Assembly: GCA_965219335.1 (NCBI GenBank)
Contig: CBDCNG010000005.1
Coordinates: 121,992-185,991, forward strand
Direction of reading: 5' to 3'
Source of the DNA: Leeuwenhoekiella sp.
GTDB taxonomy: Bacteria > Bacteroidota > Bacteroidia > Flavobacteriales > Flavobacteriaceae
DNA length: 64,000 bases
Both the position numbers and the translations under genes were made by a program. The notes beneath the pieces are model-generated. The model saw only the letters and a list, made by a program, of their open reading frames with translations, searched no databases and was not told where the DNA came from. Shown in pieces: positions 10,567 through 20,584 of this stretch (within the stretch, counting starts at the first letter, position 1; the number at the start of each line of letters is the position of its first letter).

Positions 10567-11616
10567 TTAGTTGAATTTCAGTTTGGCGATTCTTCCATTT
10601 CCAGAAGCATAGGCCGTAGAATCATTGAGAAACCGAAGAGCATAAAATCCCTCATCACTTAATGTTGACCAATGTTTCCCCTCGTCACTACTATAATGTA
10701 TGCCTTTGAAGCCGGTGGCGACAAGTGCCCTACCCCCATCGTTGGGAACAAATTGAATACAGCTGTTATAGCCTGGGCTTTGTCCCTGCGCCACAAGCGA
10801 CCAACTTTTGCCACCATCTAGCGTAATCGCCTTATTGGATTCGTTTTCCTCTGGTTTAGTGTAATCCCCACCAATTATAAAACCGATATTTTCATTATAA
10901 AAATCAATGGAATATCCTCCCTGAGTTGCTGAACCTTGTAATAAAGGGGTGTCAAAAACCTCCCAATTCTTGCCTTTATCCGATGTGTACAAAACTCTGG
11001 ATGCCATACCACCTGTGATGATCCAGGCTTTATCGCCCATGATCGCTATATTCGTATTACTCGCTGCAAACGCAGCTTCCCCCTTTTTAGCTTTAGGCAG
11101 ACCAGAACAGGAAATTTTTTTCCAGGTATTCCCTCCGTCGCGCGTAATAATGATCGAAAGGCAATCCGCTGTAGGGTCGCCCATGGCAATGCCTTCCTGA
11201 TCGTTCCAAAATTTCATACTGTCATAAAACACCTTCTCATTCTCTTCGGCGTAGACCAGTTTCATCTGTCCGTTATCACCGGTTTTGTATAGAAGGGCCG
11301 GATTTGCAACACTAAGCATCAAAAAATCTGAAGAGGTATGCGCAGTGGCCCTAAATTCGGGATTTACACTGTCACCCTTTATCACATTTGTATTCCATAA
11401 CTTGGTTTTTGGATCATAAAGTCCATATTTTCCTCCAGAACCGGCAAAGGCCAAACTTCCATCGTCCAGTATTTCAAGTGTTCTAATACTCGTGGAATCT
11501 TCATAAATGGTCTCAATTTCTACTGAAGAAAATGGAGTTTTAACAGGTTTTTGATCGTTTTTGCGGCAGCTGATTAATAAGGTTAACAGTAATAAGCACA
11601 ATGAGTTTCGCATCAA
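10567..11616 (-). CDS. BNR/Asp-box beta-propeller lipoprotein (YCF48-like)
   Basis: Lipobox LLISC; repeated T/S-x-D-G-G-x-x-W Asp-boxes (TRDGGNTW, TSDKGKNW, TLDGGKSW, SSDEGKHW). Confidence 0.85.
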   Translation of the reverse strand: MMRNSLCLLLLTLLISCRKNDQKPVKTPFSSVEIETIYEDSTSIRTLEILDDGSLAFAGSGGKYGLYDPKTKLWNTNVIKGDSVNPEFRATAHTSSDFLMLSVANPALLYKTGDNGQMKLVYAEENEKVFYDSMKFWNDQEGIAMGDPTADCLSIIITRDGGNTWKKISCSGLPKAKKGEAAFAASNTNIAIMGDKAWIITGGMASRVLYTSDKGKNWEVFDTPLLQGSATQGGYSIDFYNENIGFIIGGDYTKPEENESNKAITLDGGKSWSLVAQGQSPGYNSCIQFVPNDGGRALVATGFKGIHYSSDEGKHWSTLSDEGFYALRFLNDSTAYASGNGRIAKLKFN

Positions 11617-11658
11617 TTGAATTTTGGTTCAAAATAAAACTTTTCGTTAACAAAAACC

Positions 11659-11666
11659 TACCTTTG
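11659..11666 (+). promoter_or_regulatory. Bacteroidota -7 promoter element
   Basis: TACCTTTG matches TAnnTTTG, 22 nt upstream of the ATG at 11689. Confidence 0.65.
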
Positions 11667-11688
11667 CGGCTTATTTTAAAACTATTCC

Positions 11689-12909
11689 ATGCGCCTACAC
11701 CGCAACTTGGTATTTGCCGTTATAGACGGACTTCTAGAAATTTTTAACGAGGGTGAATATGCCGATAAAACCATCGCCAAACAGCTCAAACGCGATAAGC
11801 GCTGGGGTGCGCGTGACCGCGGTTTTATCGCTGAAACAACCTATGATATCGTGCGCTGGAAAAGGCTTTACGCCGAAATTGCCGAGGTCAGGGAGCCCTT
11901 TCAACGAAAAGATCTCTGGCGGATTTTTGCGGTATGGTGCACGCTGCGCGGAATAAAACTGCCTGACTGGCCACAAATCGAGGAAACCCCTACACGCAGA
12001 ATCAAGGGCCGTTTTGATGAACTTTCAAGTATTAGGAAATTCCGAGAAAGCATCCCCGATTGGATAGATGAGCTGGGTGAAAAGGAACTTGGTAAAAAAT
12101 GGGATGCTGAGATTGCTGCCTTAAACGAGCAGGCACCGGTGATACTGCGTGTAAATAAATTGAAGGCAACACTGGATGAAGTTCAACAACAACTCAGTAC
12201 AGAAGGACACGAAACCATAATCCTTAAAAAATATCCTGATGCGCTACAGCTTCAGGAACGAGGCAACGTTTTTATCACCGAAGCTTTCAAAAAAGGCTTT
12301 TTTGAAGTACAGGACGCCTCCTCACAATTGGTCGCTCCCCTACTCGCCGTCCAGCCCGGCATGCGCGTTGTGGACGCCTGTGCCGGTGCTGGAGGAAAAG
12401 CGCTGCACCTCGCTGCGCAAATGGATAATAAAGGGGTGATCATCGCACTGGATATCTATGCCAATAAACTCAAGGAACTAAAACGTCGTGCGCGTCGTGC
12501 CGGGGCGCATAACCTGGAGACGCGCCATATTGATTCTACTAAGGTCATTAAAAAACTTTATAATTCGGCAGATCGCGTATTGATTGATGCGCCTTGTTCC
12601 GGGTTGGGCGTTTTAAGCCGTAATCCGGATGCCAAATGGAAGCTGGAGCCTGATTTTCTTGAAAAAATTAAGAAGACTCAACAAAACCTGCTTCAGGATT
12701 ATTCCAAAATGGTCAAGCCAGGTGGCAAGATGGTCTATGCAACCTGCTCTATTTTGCCCTCCGAAAATCAAGATCAGGTCAAGACTTTTATCGCTTCTGA
12801 AGCGGGTAAGGAATTTAGTATAGAACAGCAGAAATCCATATTATCAAGTGAATCTGGATATGATGGGTTTTTTATGGCTTTGCTTTCGCGAAAGCAGGAA
12901 GAAAACTAA
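11689..12909 (+). CDS. RsmB/NOP family SAM-dependent RNA m5C methyltransferase
   Basis: EVQDASSQ, VDACAGAGGK, DAPCSG and YATCS motifs. Confidence 0.93.
   Translation: MRLHRNLVFAVIDGLLEIFNEGEYADKTIAKQLKRDKRWGARDRGFIAETTYDIVRWKRLYAEIAEVREPFQRKDLWRIFAVWCTLRGIKLPDWPQIEETPTRRIKGRFDELSSIRKFRESIPDWIDELGEKELGKKWDAEIAALNEQAPVILRVNKLKATLDEVQQQLSTEGHETIILKKYPDALQLQERGNVFITEAFKKGFFEVQDASSQLVAPLLAVQPGMRVVDACAGAGGKALHLAAQMDNKGVIIALDIYANKLKELKRRARRAGAHNLETRHIDSTKVIKKLYNSADRVLIDAPCSGLGVLSRNPDAKWKLEPDFLEKIKKTQQNLLQDYSKMVKPGGKMVYATCSILPSENQDQVKTFIASEAGKEFSIEQQKSILSSESGYDGFFMALLSRKQEEN
12881..12896. repeat. Iterated palindrome GCTTTCGCGAAAGC (exact copies at 12882, 16742, 55236; variants at 18078, 33090, 37281, 59323, 59582)
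   Basis: Read directly from the sequence; occurs in both coding and intergenic DNA. Confidence 0.75.
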
Positions 12910-13039
12910 GGATGTAGCACTGCAATCGTTCAGAAAAGAAAAATGATGTATTAAAGTGGTGAGTTATTTAAGGTTTCTGAACACATAATAGTTTAACAGT
13001 AAGCAACTGAATATTCGATAATACAAAATGATTTGAAGG

Positions 13040-14074
13040 GTGAAAAGGGCACTTTACATACTCTTTATATTATTAGGCAGCACATGCTTCGCCCAGCAGG
13101 CATATTACAACGATGTTGACCTGACCAAGCGTGGTCTCGATCTTCGGGATGAACTTGCCGATAAGGTAATTCGCACGCACGTTAATTTGCTCAGTTACAC
13201 CCCGGGGATTTGGGAAGCCTTAAAAATTATTGATACTGATCCCAAAAACCCCGATAATGTTTTGCTGATGTACGGTTTTGAAGGAGGAAATGATCAGGAT
13301 CCAGAAAATGACAGGGCCCGGAACAAAAACCAGAACGGAGGCGCTAATGGTGACTGGAACCGGGAACATATCTACCCAAAATCTTTGGGAAAACCCAATT
13401 TAGGAACTGAAGGACCGGGAGCAGACGCACATCAGTTGCGAGCTAGCGATGTAAAACGGAATGCCAGACGTGCCAACCGAAAATATGCCGAAGGAAGCGG
13501 GAATTCTGGAAATGTGGATGCGTACTGGTATCCCGGCGATGAGTGGAAAGGCGATGTCGCGCGTATGCTAATGTATATGTATCTGCATTATGGGGAGCGC
13601 TGCCTTCCTCAAAGTGTGGTGGTGGGTGATGCTAATAGCGTAGATCCCAATATGATCAACCTCTTATTAAAATGGAATGCCGAAGATCCGGTTTCCGCGG
13701 TGGAAGATCAGCGTAATGAATACCTTTCAGGCAGCGCAAAGTACGCCCAGGGCAATCGCAATCCATTTATTGATGATCCCTATCTGGCCACCTTAATATG
13801 GGGCGGACCCGCAGCCGAGGATCGCTGGGGAATATTTTCAGCGATAACTAAGGATAAGTTTATGGCAGAAGCGATCACGCAGTCCGATAGTTTGGTTCTG
13901 GTAAAAACCCCAAAAAACATAGAGCAGATCACTGTCTATGATATGAAGGGACGGCTTGTGGAACGGTATAAAAAAAGAAGTGAAATCAACACCAAATTTT
14001 ATGCTGACGGGATTTATTTTTTGGTAGTAAGTACTAAAAATGACGATGTGATCATTGACTTCAGGGTTGAATAA
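13040..14074 (+). CDS. Secreted endonuclease I family nuclease with a T9SS type-A-like C-terminal domain
   Basis: Signal peptide; WNREHIYPKS, DAHQL, KGDVARM, QGNRNPFIDDP; C-terminal ITVYDMKGRLV...GIYFLVV. Confidence 0.85.
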   Translation: MKRALYILFILLGSTCFAQQAYYNDVDLTKRGLDLRDELADKVIRTHVNLLSYTPGIWEALKIIDTDPKNPDNVLLMYGFEGGNDQDPENDRARNKNQNGGANGDWNREHIYPKSLGKPNLGTEGPGADAHQLRASDVKRNARRANRKYAEGSGNSGNVDAYWYPGDEWKGDVARMLMYMYLHYGERCLPQSVVVGDANSVDPNMINLLLKWNAEDPVSAVEDQRNEYLSGSAKYAQGNRNPFIDDPYLATLIWGGPAAEDRWGIFSAITKDKFMAEAITQSDSLVLVKTPKNIEQITVYDMKGRLVERYKKRSEINTKFYADGIYFLVVSTKNDDVIIDFRVE

Positions 14075-14299
14075 CTTAAGGAATATCAGCGGTTATTTAA
14101 TAATAAATCTACGGCAAAAACATGAAAATTATGTTGATTAATCATTGATTTATAATATTTTAAAATGCTTTACTTAATGTATTGCTTATTCAAGTTTTCA
14201 TCTATTACTATATAATCATTTGAAACGCTTTCATTCTCACGACCAAACTGGGATTACTCATTTAATAAACTTAATTTTATACCCGAAAACCACCGCATT

Positions 14300-17200
14300 A
14301 TGATCTATTTTTTCGGCGATCCGGATACTAAAGTATATACTGTACAGAAAGAAGGTGAACTAGCGCAAAAAACCATTGACAAACTCGTTTGGCTTTTTGG
14401 CGATCAACCTCAGATTCAGGCGTCTATAATCGACGCTTTTTTTATTGGCCCACGCGCCACGATGATCACGCCCTGGAGTACCAATGCTGTTGAGATCACT
14501 CAAAACATGGGTATTACAGGAATATTTCGCATCGAAGAATTTACGCCTTGTGTGGCCGATTTTGATGCGTACGACCCTATGCTTTCGCAGAAATATCGAA
14601 AGCTCGATCAGGATATTTTTCACATTGATATCGAGCCTGACCCCATACTTTATATTGAGGATATTTATGGGTATAACGAAAAAGAAGGTCTTGCGCTCAA
14701 TGAGGAGGAGATCGCTTATCTTAACGCAGTTGCTGCACGCGTTGGGCGAAAACTGACCGATAGTGAGGTTTTCGGCTTTAGCCAAGTAAATTCTGAACAT
14801 TGCAGACACAAAATCTTCAATGGCACTTTCGTGATCGATGGGAAGCAAATGTCCTCTTCCCTTTTTAAAATGATCAGGAAAACTTCAGAAAAAAACCCTA
14901 ATGGGATTATTTCGGCATATAAGGACAACGTAGCCTTTGTAAACGGCCCAAAAACCGTACAATTTGCCCCAAAAACGGCCGATAAACCCGATTATTACTG
15001 CGAGACAGACTTTGACAGTGTGCTTTCGCTCAAGGCGGAAACCCACAACTTTCCCACGACGGTAGAACCTTTTAACGGGGCCGCAACCGGCGCCGGCGGT
15101 GAGATCCGCGACCGTTTGGCCGGCGGTAAAGGTTCACTACCACTCGCTGGGACCGCTGTGTATATGACCGCATATTCCCGGCTGGGGGAAGACCGCCCCT
15201 GGGAGCAGGCAATGCCCGCCAGAAATTGGCTTTACCAGAGCCCCATCGATATTTTGATCAAAGCGTCAAATGGCGCCTCAGATTTTGGGAATAAATTCGG
15301 GCAACCGCTTATAGCCGGATCCGTATTGACGTTTGAACATGATGAGCGTTTAAATTTCCGCGAAGACGGAAATTTTTCTACTCCACGCCGCCTGGCTTAC
15401 GACAAAGTTATCATGCAGGCCGGCGGTATTGGCTACGGCAAGAAATCGCAAGCATTAAAAGATAAGCCCAAAACAGGCGATAAAATTGTTATTTTGGGCG
15501 GTGATAATTACCGCATCGGTATGGGCGGCGCTGCAGTCTCCTCAGCAGATACGGGCGAATTCCACTCTGGCATTGAGCTTAATGCGGTACAGCGTAGCAA
15601 TCCCGAGATGCAGAAACGGGCCGCAAACGCCATACGCGGGATGGTAGAAGGTGATCATAACCCCATTATTTCCATTCACGATCATGGTGCAGGTGGTCAT
15701 CTCAACTGTCTTTCTGAACTTGTGGAAGAAACCGGCGGCAATATTGACCTTGATAAACTTCCCGTGGGCGATCCTACCCTTTCCGCAAAGGAGATTATAG
15801 GCAACGAGTCGCAGGAACGTATGGGCCTTGTCATCGATGATAAAGCGATCCAGACTTTGCGGGCCATTGCAGAACGTGAGCGCTCGCCCATGTATGAAGT
15901 GGGCACTGTAACCGGTGATCACCGCTTTACGTTCAAATCAAAAACCAGTGGTGAATCCCCCATGGATCTCGACTTGCACGATATGTTCGGTAGTTCACCA
16001 AAAACCGTGATGAGCGATTCCACTATTGACCGCAATTATGCCAATTTAGACTATAATTTAGGCGATTTTCACGATTATTTGGAAGCGGTGCTGCAACTTG
16101 AAGCCGTGGCCTGTAAGGATTGGCTAACCAATAAAGTGGACCGCTGTGTGGGAGGGCGCGTGGCCAAACAACAGTGTGCGGGCAGTTTACAATTGCCGCT
16201 CAATAACTGTGGTGTAATGGCGCTCGATTTTAAGGGCAAAAAAGGTATCGCGACCTCCATAGGCCACTCCCCTATTTCTGGTTTGATCGATCCTGTAGCC
16301 GGCAGTAAAAACAGTATCGCAGAAGCCCTGACCAATATTATCTGGGCTCCGCTGGAGGATGGTTTAAAATCTGTTTCCCTGTCAGCAAATTGGATGTGGC
16401 CCTGCAACAATCCCGGTGAAGACGCACGTTTATATAAGGCTGTCGAAGCCGTTTCAGAATTTGCGGTAGCATTGGGCATTAACGTGCCAACCGGGAAAGA
16501 TTCACTCTCGATGAAACAAAAATATCCCGATGGTGAAGTTCTCGCTCCGGGAACCGTAATTATTTCGGCGGCGGGAGAATGCTCAAATATTAATCAGGTG
16601 ATCGAGCCTGTTCTAAAGGAAAATGAGGGTGCTATTTATTACATAAACCTTTCCCAAGACAATTTTAAACTGGGCGGATCATCCTTTGCACAGACGCAGA
16701 ATAAAATTGGTACAGAAGCGCCAACGATCAAAAATTCTATCGCTTTCGCGAAAGCATTTGACGTCATTCAAAACCTGATCAAAAATGAAATGATTGTTGC
16801 CGGCCACGATGTCGCTTCCGGCGGATTGATCACCACATTGTTGGAACTATGTTTTGCCGAAAATAAGTTGGGTGCAGATATTGATCTTTCCGCTTTCGCT
16901 GAAAAGGATACCGTCAAGATCCTGTTTTCCGAAAATGCGGGCATCGTTTTTCAGGCAAAAAAAGACTGCGATGTCGAAAAGATCTTGGCAGAAAAGAAGA
17001 TTGAATTTCAAAAAATAGGCAGCGTAACCTCGTCAGAAACGCTCAAAATCAGGAAAAATGGCACCGAAATCGGTCTAAATATCCCATCCCTGCGCAGGAA
17101 ATGGTTTAAAACCTCCTTTCTTTTAGATCAAAAGCAGACCGCAAACAATCTTGCGGAAGAACGATTTGATAATTTTGACAAACAGGCACTTTCTTTTGAT

Positions 17201-18004
17201 TTACCAGCTCATTTTACGGGCAAAAAACCTGCATTAAACACCCAAAAACCCCGTCCAAAAGCAGCGATTTTACGGGAAAAAGGAAGTAATTCTGAACGCG
17301 AAATGGCAAACGCTATGTTCCTTGCCGGTTTTGATGTAAAAGACGTGCACATGACCGATTTGATCGAAGGTCGGGAAACACTGGAAGATATCCAATTTCT
17401 GGGTGCTGTGGGCGGTTTTTCAAACTCAGATGTCTTGGGATCGGCCAAAGGTTGGGCGGGAGCGATTTTATACAACGAGAAAGCCAATCAGGTCATCAAG
17501 AATTTTTTCGCGCGGGAAGATACCCTCTCTGTGGGGATCTGTAATGGTTGTCAACTTTTTGCCGAACTAGATCTTATAAATCCCGACCATAAAGAAAAAA
17601 TAAAATTGCTGCACAACGACTCCCAAAAGCACGAAAGCGGCTTTACCAGCGTAAAAATAGCAGAGAATAATTCCGTCATGTTGTCCTCTTTGGCCGGAAC
17701 GACTTTAGGGGTATGGATTTCTCACGGGGAAGGAAAATTTCACCTTCCACTTGCGGAAGAAAACTACAAAATCGTGGCCAAATACGGTTTTGATGCTTAT
17801 CCTGCAAATCCAAACAATAGCGATTATAACACCGCGATGATGACCGATAAAACCGGGCGTCACTTGGTCACCATGCCGCACATCGAGCGATCCACGTTCC
17901 CTTGGAACTGGGCCAACTATCCCGAAGGAAGGGAGGATGAAGTCAGCCCGTGGATTGAGGCTTTTGTGAATGCCCGGGAATGGATCGAGGGTCGGCTCTC
18001 CTAA
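14300..18004 (+). CDS. purL: Phosphoribosylformylglycinamidine synthase (large fused form)
   Basis: NSEHCRHKIF, KAETHNFPT, HDHGAGG, GVCNGCQ-type glutaminase motif (GICNGCQ), MPHIER. Confidence 0.98.
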   Translation: MIYFFGDPDTKVYTVQKEGELAQKTIDKLVWLFGDQPQIQASIIDAFFIGPRATMITPWSTNAVEITQNMGITGIFRIEEFTPCVADFDAYDPMLSQKYRKLDQDIFHIDIEPDPILYIEDIYGYNEKEGLALNEEEIAYLNAVAARVGRKLTDSEVFGFSQVNSEHCRHKIFNGTFVIDGKQMSSSLFKMIRKTSEKNPNGIISAYKDNVAFVNGPKTVQFAPKTADKPDYYCETDFDSVLSLKAETHNFPTTVEPFNGAATGAGGEIRDRLAGGKGSLPLAGTAVYMTAYSRLGEDRPWEQAMPARNWLYQSPIDILIKASNGASDFGNKFGQPLIAGSVLTFEHDERLNFREDGNFSTPRRLAYDKVIMQAGGIGYGKKSQALKDKPKTGDKIVILGGDNYRIGMGGAAVSSADTGEFHSGIELNAVQRSNPEMQKRAANAIRGMVEGDHNPIISIHDHGAGGHLNCLSELVEETGGNIDLDKLPVGDPTLSAKEIIGNESQERMGLVIDDKAIQTLRAIAERERSPMYEVGTVTGDHRFTFKSKTSGESPMDLDLHDMFGSSPKTVMSDSTIDRNYANLDYNLGDFHDYLEAVLQLEAVACKDWLTNKVDRCVGGRVAKQQCAGSLQLPLNNCGVMALDFKGKKGIATSIGHSPISGLIDPVAGSKNSIAEALTNIIWAPLEDGLKSVSLSANWMWPCNNPGEDARLYKAVEAVSEFAVALGINVPTGKDSLSMKQKYPDGEVLAPGTVIISAAGECSNINQVIEPVLKENEGAIYYINLSQDNFKLGGSSFAQTQNKIGTEAPTIKNSIAFAKAFDVIQNLIKNEMIVAGHDVASGGLITTLLELCFAENKLGADIDLSAFAEKDTVKILFSENAGIVFQAKKDCDVEKILAEKKIEFQKIGSVTSSETLKIRKNGTEIGLNIPSLRRKWFKTSFLLDQKQTANNLAEERFDNFDKQALSFDLPAHFTGKKPALNTQKPRPKAAILREKGSNSEREMANAMFLAGFDVKDVHMTDLIEGRETLEDIQFLGAVGGFSNSDVLGSAKGWAGAILYNEKANQVIKNFFAREDTLSVGICNGCQLFAELDLINPDHKEKIKLLHNDSQKHESGFTSVKIAENNSVMLSSLAGTTLGVWISHGEGKFHLPLAEENYKIVAKYGFDAYPANPNNSDYNTAMMTDKTGRHLVTMPHIERSTFPWNWANYPEGREDEVSPWIEAFVNAREWIEGRLS

Positions 18005-18145
18005 ATAACGATAAATAGAGAATAGTGGTTTTTTTCATGGTATTTTGCCGGTTTATTTGTATGAAATCGTTGTGATTTTTCGCGAAAGCGCTAAAAATAG
18101 ACGCTAAATTTCCTATTTTGCATAAGAAACCTTTTGCCATAAACT

Positions 18146-19921
18146 ATGGAAATTAAACGTCTTTTTGACTTCCCGCAATACCAGCTGGAGAATTATCCGC
18201 TACAAGAATCCCTGGTTACCAAATACAATGGGCAATGGAAGGCACTTTCCACCCAAGAATATTTGGATCAGGCCAATCAATTGAGTCGAGGACTTATAAA
18301 ATTGGGTGTCAAACCCAATGATAAAATCGCGGTCATCTCCACCAGAAATTGTACCGAATGGAATATTGTTGACATCGGTATTTTACAGATAGGCGCTCAA
18401 AATGTTCCTATTTACCCTACGATCTCCCAAGATGAGTATGAATATGTTCTCAATCACAGTGGGGCGATCTTTTGCTTTATTTCTGATGATGAAGTTGCGT
18501 CTAAGGTCAATCAGATCAGGAATAAAGTACCTACTTTAAAAGAGGTATATTCTTTTGAGACCTTAGAGGACTGTAAAAACTGGCAGGAAGTTCTGGAGTT
18601 GGGAAATGACAAAAGCGATCAAAACGAGGTCGAAAAACGTAAAAAAGAAATCACAGAGGAAGATCTTGCCACATTGATCTATACTTCAGGTACCACAGGT
18701 AAGCCCAAGGGAGTGATGCTCAGCCATAAAAACCTGGTAAGCAATGCCCTAAATAGTGAAACGCGGTTTCCTATACGAAAAGGAAAAGATAAGGCCTTGA
18801 GTTTCTTACCGCTCTGCCACGTTTATGAGCGCATGTTGATCTATTTATATCAATATACGGGGGTAGCGATTTATTATGCCGAAAGTATCGATGCGATCAG
18901 CGAAAACCTAAAAGAAGTCAGACCGCAAGTAATGACCGCAGTTCCGCGATTACTGGAAAAAGTTTATGAAAAAATAATCGCCAAAGGCGGCGAACTCACC
19001 GGAATAAAAAAGAAGCTTTTCTTCTGGGCGGTCGATGTGGGCCTTGATTATGAGCCGTATGGCAACAACGGCTGGTGGTACGAGCAGAAATTGGCGCTTG
19101 CGCGAAAGCTGATCTTCAGTAAATGGCAGGAAGGTCTGGGTGGAAACCTTAAAGTGATCGCATCGGGCAGTGCGGCGCTACAACCTCGCTTGTCACGCGT
19201 TTTTAATGCGGCCGGCATTGGGGTAATGGAAGGCTACGGACTTACCGAAACCTCACCGGTAATCGCTGTGAATGACATGCGTAACCATGGCTTTAAAATC
19301 GGTACCGTGGGCAAACCCATTCCGGAGACCGAAATCAAAATAGATGAAGATGGCGAAATTTTGGTCAAAGGTCCACAGTTGATGTTAGGATATTATAAAG
19401 ACAAAGAAAAAACCGAGGAGGCCATTGAGGATGGTTTTTTCCACACCGGTGATATCGGTGAGGTTGACGCCGAAGGTTTCCTCAAGATCACTGACCGTAA
19501 AAAGGAAATGTTCAAGACCAGCGGAGGTAAATACATAGCCCCTCAAATCATTGAGAATGCCATGAAACAGTCACGATTTATCGAGCATATTATGGTAGTA
19601 GGCGAAGGCGAAAAAATGCCAGGAGCAATTATTCAACCCAATTTTGAGTTTATACAGGATTGGGGACGTAAAAAGAACATCAAAGTAGGGGAAAACAATA
19701 AGGAAATCGCCAAAAACCCAGATGTTATCAAACGTCTAAAAGAAGATATAGATACTTACAATGAAAAATTTGGCCATTGGGAAAAGGTCAAACGCTTCGA
19801 ACTAACCCCTGATGAATGGACGATTGAAGAAGGCCACCTAACCCCTACTTTAAAACTTAAGCGCCGTGTGGTTAAAGAGCGGTACATTGATCTTTATAAT
19901 AAGATTTATGACCATAAATAA
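18146..19921 (+). CDS. Long-chain fatty acid-CoA ligase (AMP-dependent synthetase)
   Basis: YTSGTTGKPKG, EGYGLTETSP, FHTGDIG, TDRKKEMFKTSGGKY. Confidence 0.93.
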   Translation: MEIKRLFDFPQYQLENYPLQESLVTKYNGQWKALSTQEYLDQANQLSRGLIKLGVKPNDKIAVISTRNCTEWNIVDIGILQIGAQNVPIYPTISQDEYEYVLNHSGAIFCFISDDEVASKVNQIRNKVPTLKEVYSFETLEDCKNWQEVLELGNDKSDQNEVEKRKKEITEEDLATLIYTSGTTGKPKGVMLSHKNLVSNALNSETRFPIRKGKDKALSFLPLCHVYERMLIYLYQYTGVAIYYAESIDAISENLKEVRPQVMTAVPRLLEKVYEKIIAKGGELTGIKKKLFFWAVDVGLDYEPYGNNGWWYEQKLALARKLIFSKWQEGLGGNLKVIASGSAALQPRLSRVFNAAGIGVMEGYGLTETSPVIAVNDMRNHGFKIGTVGKPIPETEIKIDEDGEILVKGPQLMLGYYKDKEKTEEAIEDGFFHTGDIGEVDAEGFLKITDRKKEMFKTSGGKYIAPQIIENAMKQSRFIEHIMVVGEGEKMPGAIIQPNFEFIQDWGRKKNIKVGENNKEIAKNPDVIKRLKEDIDTYNEKFGHWEKVKRFELTPDEWTIEEGHLTPTLKLKRRVVKERYIDLYNKIYDHK

Positions 19922-20080
19922 ATTCGACCTTCAAAGTGTTGCCGACGGGAGGAGACCTCCATGTAGGTCTTGAATTTTCTCCAACTGCTATAATAGACCT
20001 ACAAGGATCCCTTTCCCGATTGTTATCGGGATCACTCATACATGCAGGACTTATAAAAAAATAAAAATTCACAGCTATTT

Positions 20081-20096
20081 ATTATGCATGCATAGT
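20081..20096. promoter_or_regulatory. Putative MarR operator
   Basis: Perfect palindrome TATGCATGCATA (20083-20094) about 35 nt upstream of the MarR-family gene. Confidence 0.6.
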
Positions 20097-20128
20097 ATTT
20101 TTTCATATTTTTACGATAACGTTAAAGT

Positions 20129-20584
20129 ATGAAAGATCTTACGATAGATTATGCCTTAAGGGCGACCTGGCAGGCCGTAACCAAAATGTATAACGAGCAG
20201 GCCTCTCAATTTGATAGTTCGATGGCTGTGGGCTTTGCGCTTTTAAGTATTGATGTTGAAGGCGGGACGCCATCCACCGCATTGGGGCCTAAAATGGGTA
20301 TGGAAGCCACAAGCCTTTCGCGTACCCTAAAATCCATGGAAGCACGCGGTCTGATAGAACGTCGTCCCAATCCTGAAGATGGTCGTGGTGTATTAATCTA
20401 TTTAACTGATTTTGGCCGGGAAAAACGTGCGTATAGCAAAGACAGAGTCCTCCGCTTTAATGAGGCGGTCAGGACATCGGTCACCGAAGAGCAAATGAAG
20501 CATTTTTTTGAAGTCATGCACAGTATTAATGACCTTATTCAGAACAAAAAGATTTATCCACAAGAAACGAAAATAAAACAATGA
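20129..20584 (+). CDS. MarR family transcriptional regulator of the beta-oxidation operon
   Basis: Winged HTH: ATSLSRTLKSMEARGLIERRPNPEDGRGVLIYLT; ATGA overlap with the next gene. Confidence 0.93.
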   Translation: MKDLTIDYALRATWQAVTKMYNEQASQFDSSMAVGFALLSIDVEGGTPSTALGPKMGMEATSLSRTLKSMEARGLIERRPNPEDGRGVLIYLTDFGREKRAYSKDRVLRFNEAVRTSVTEEQMKHFFEVMHSINDLIQNKKIYPQETKIKQ

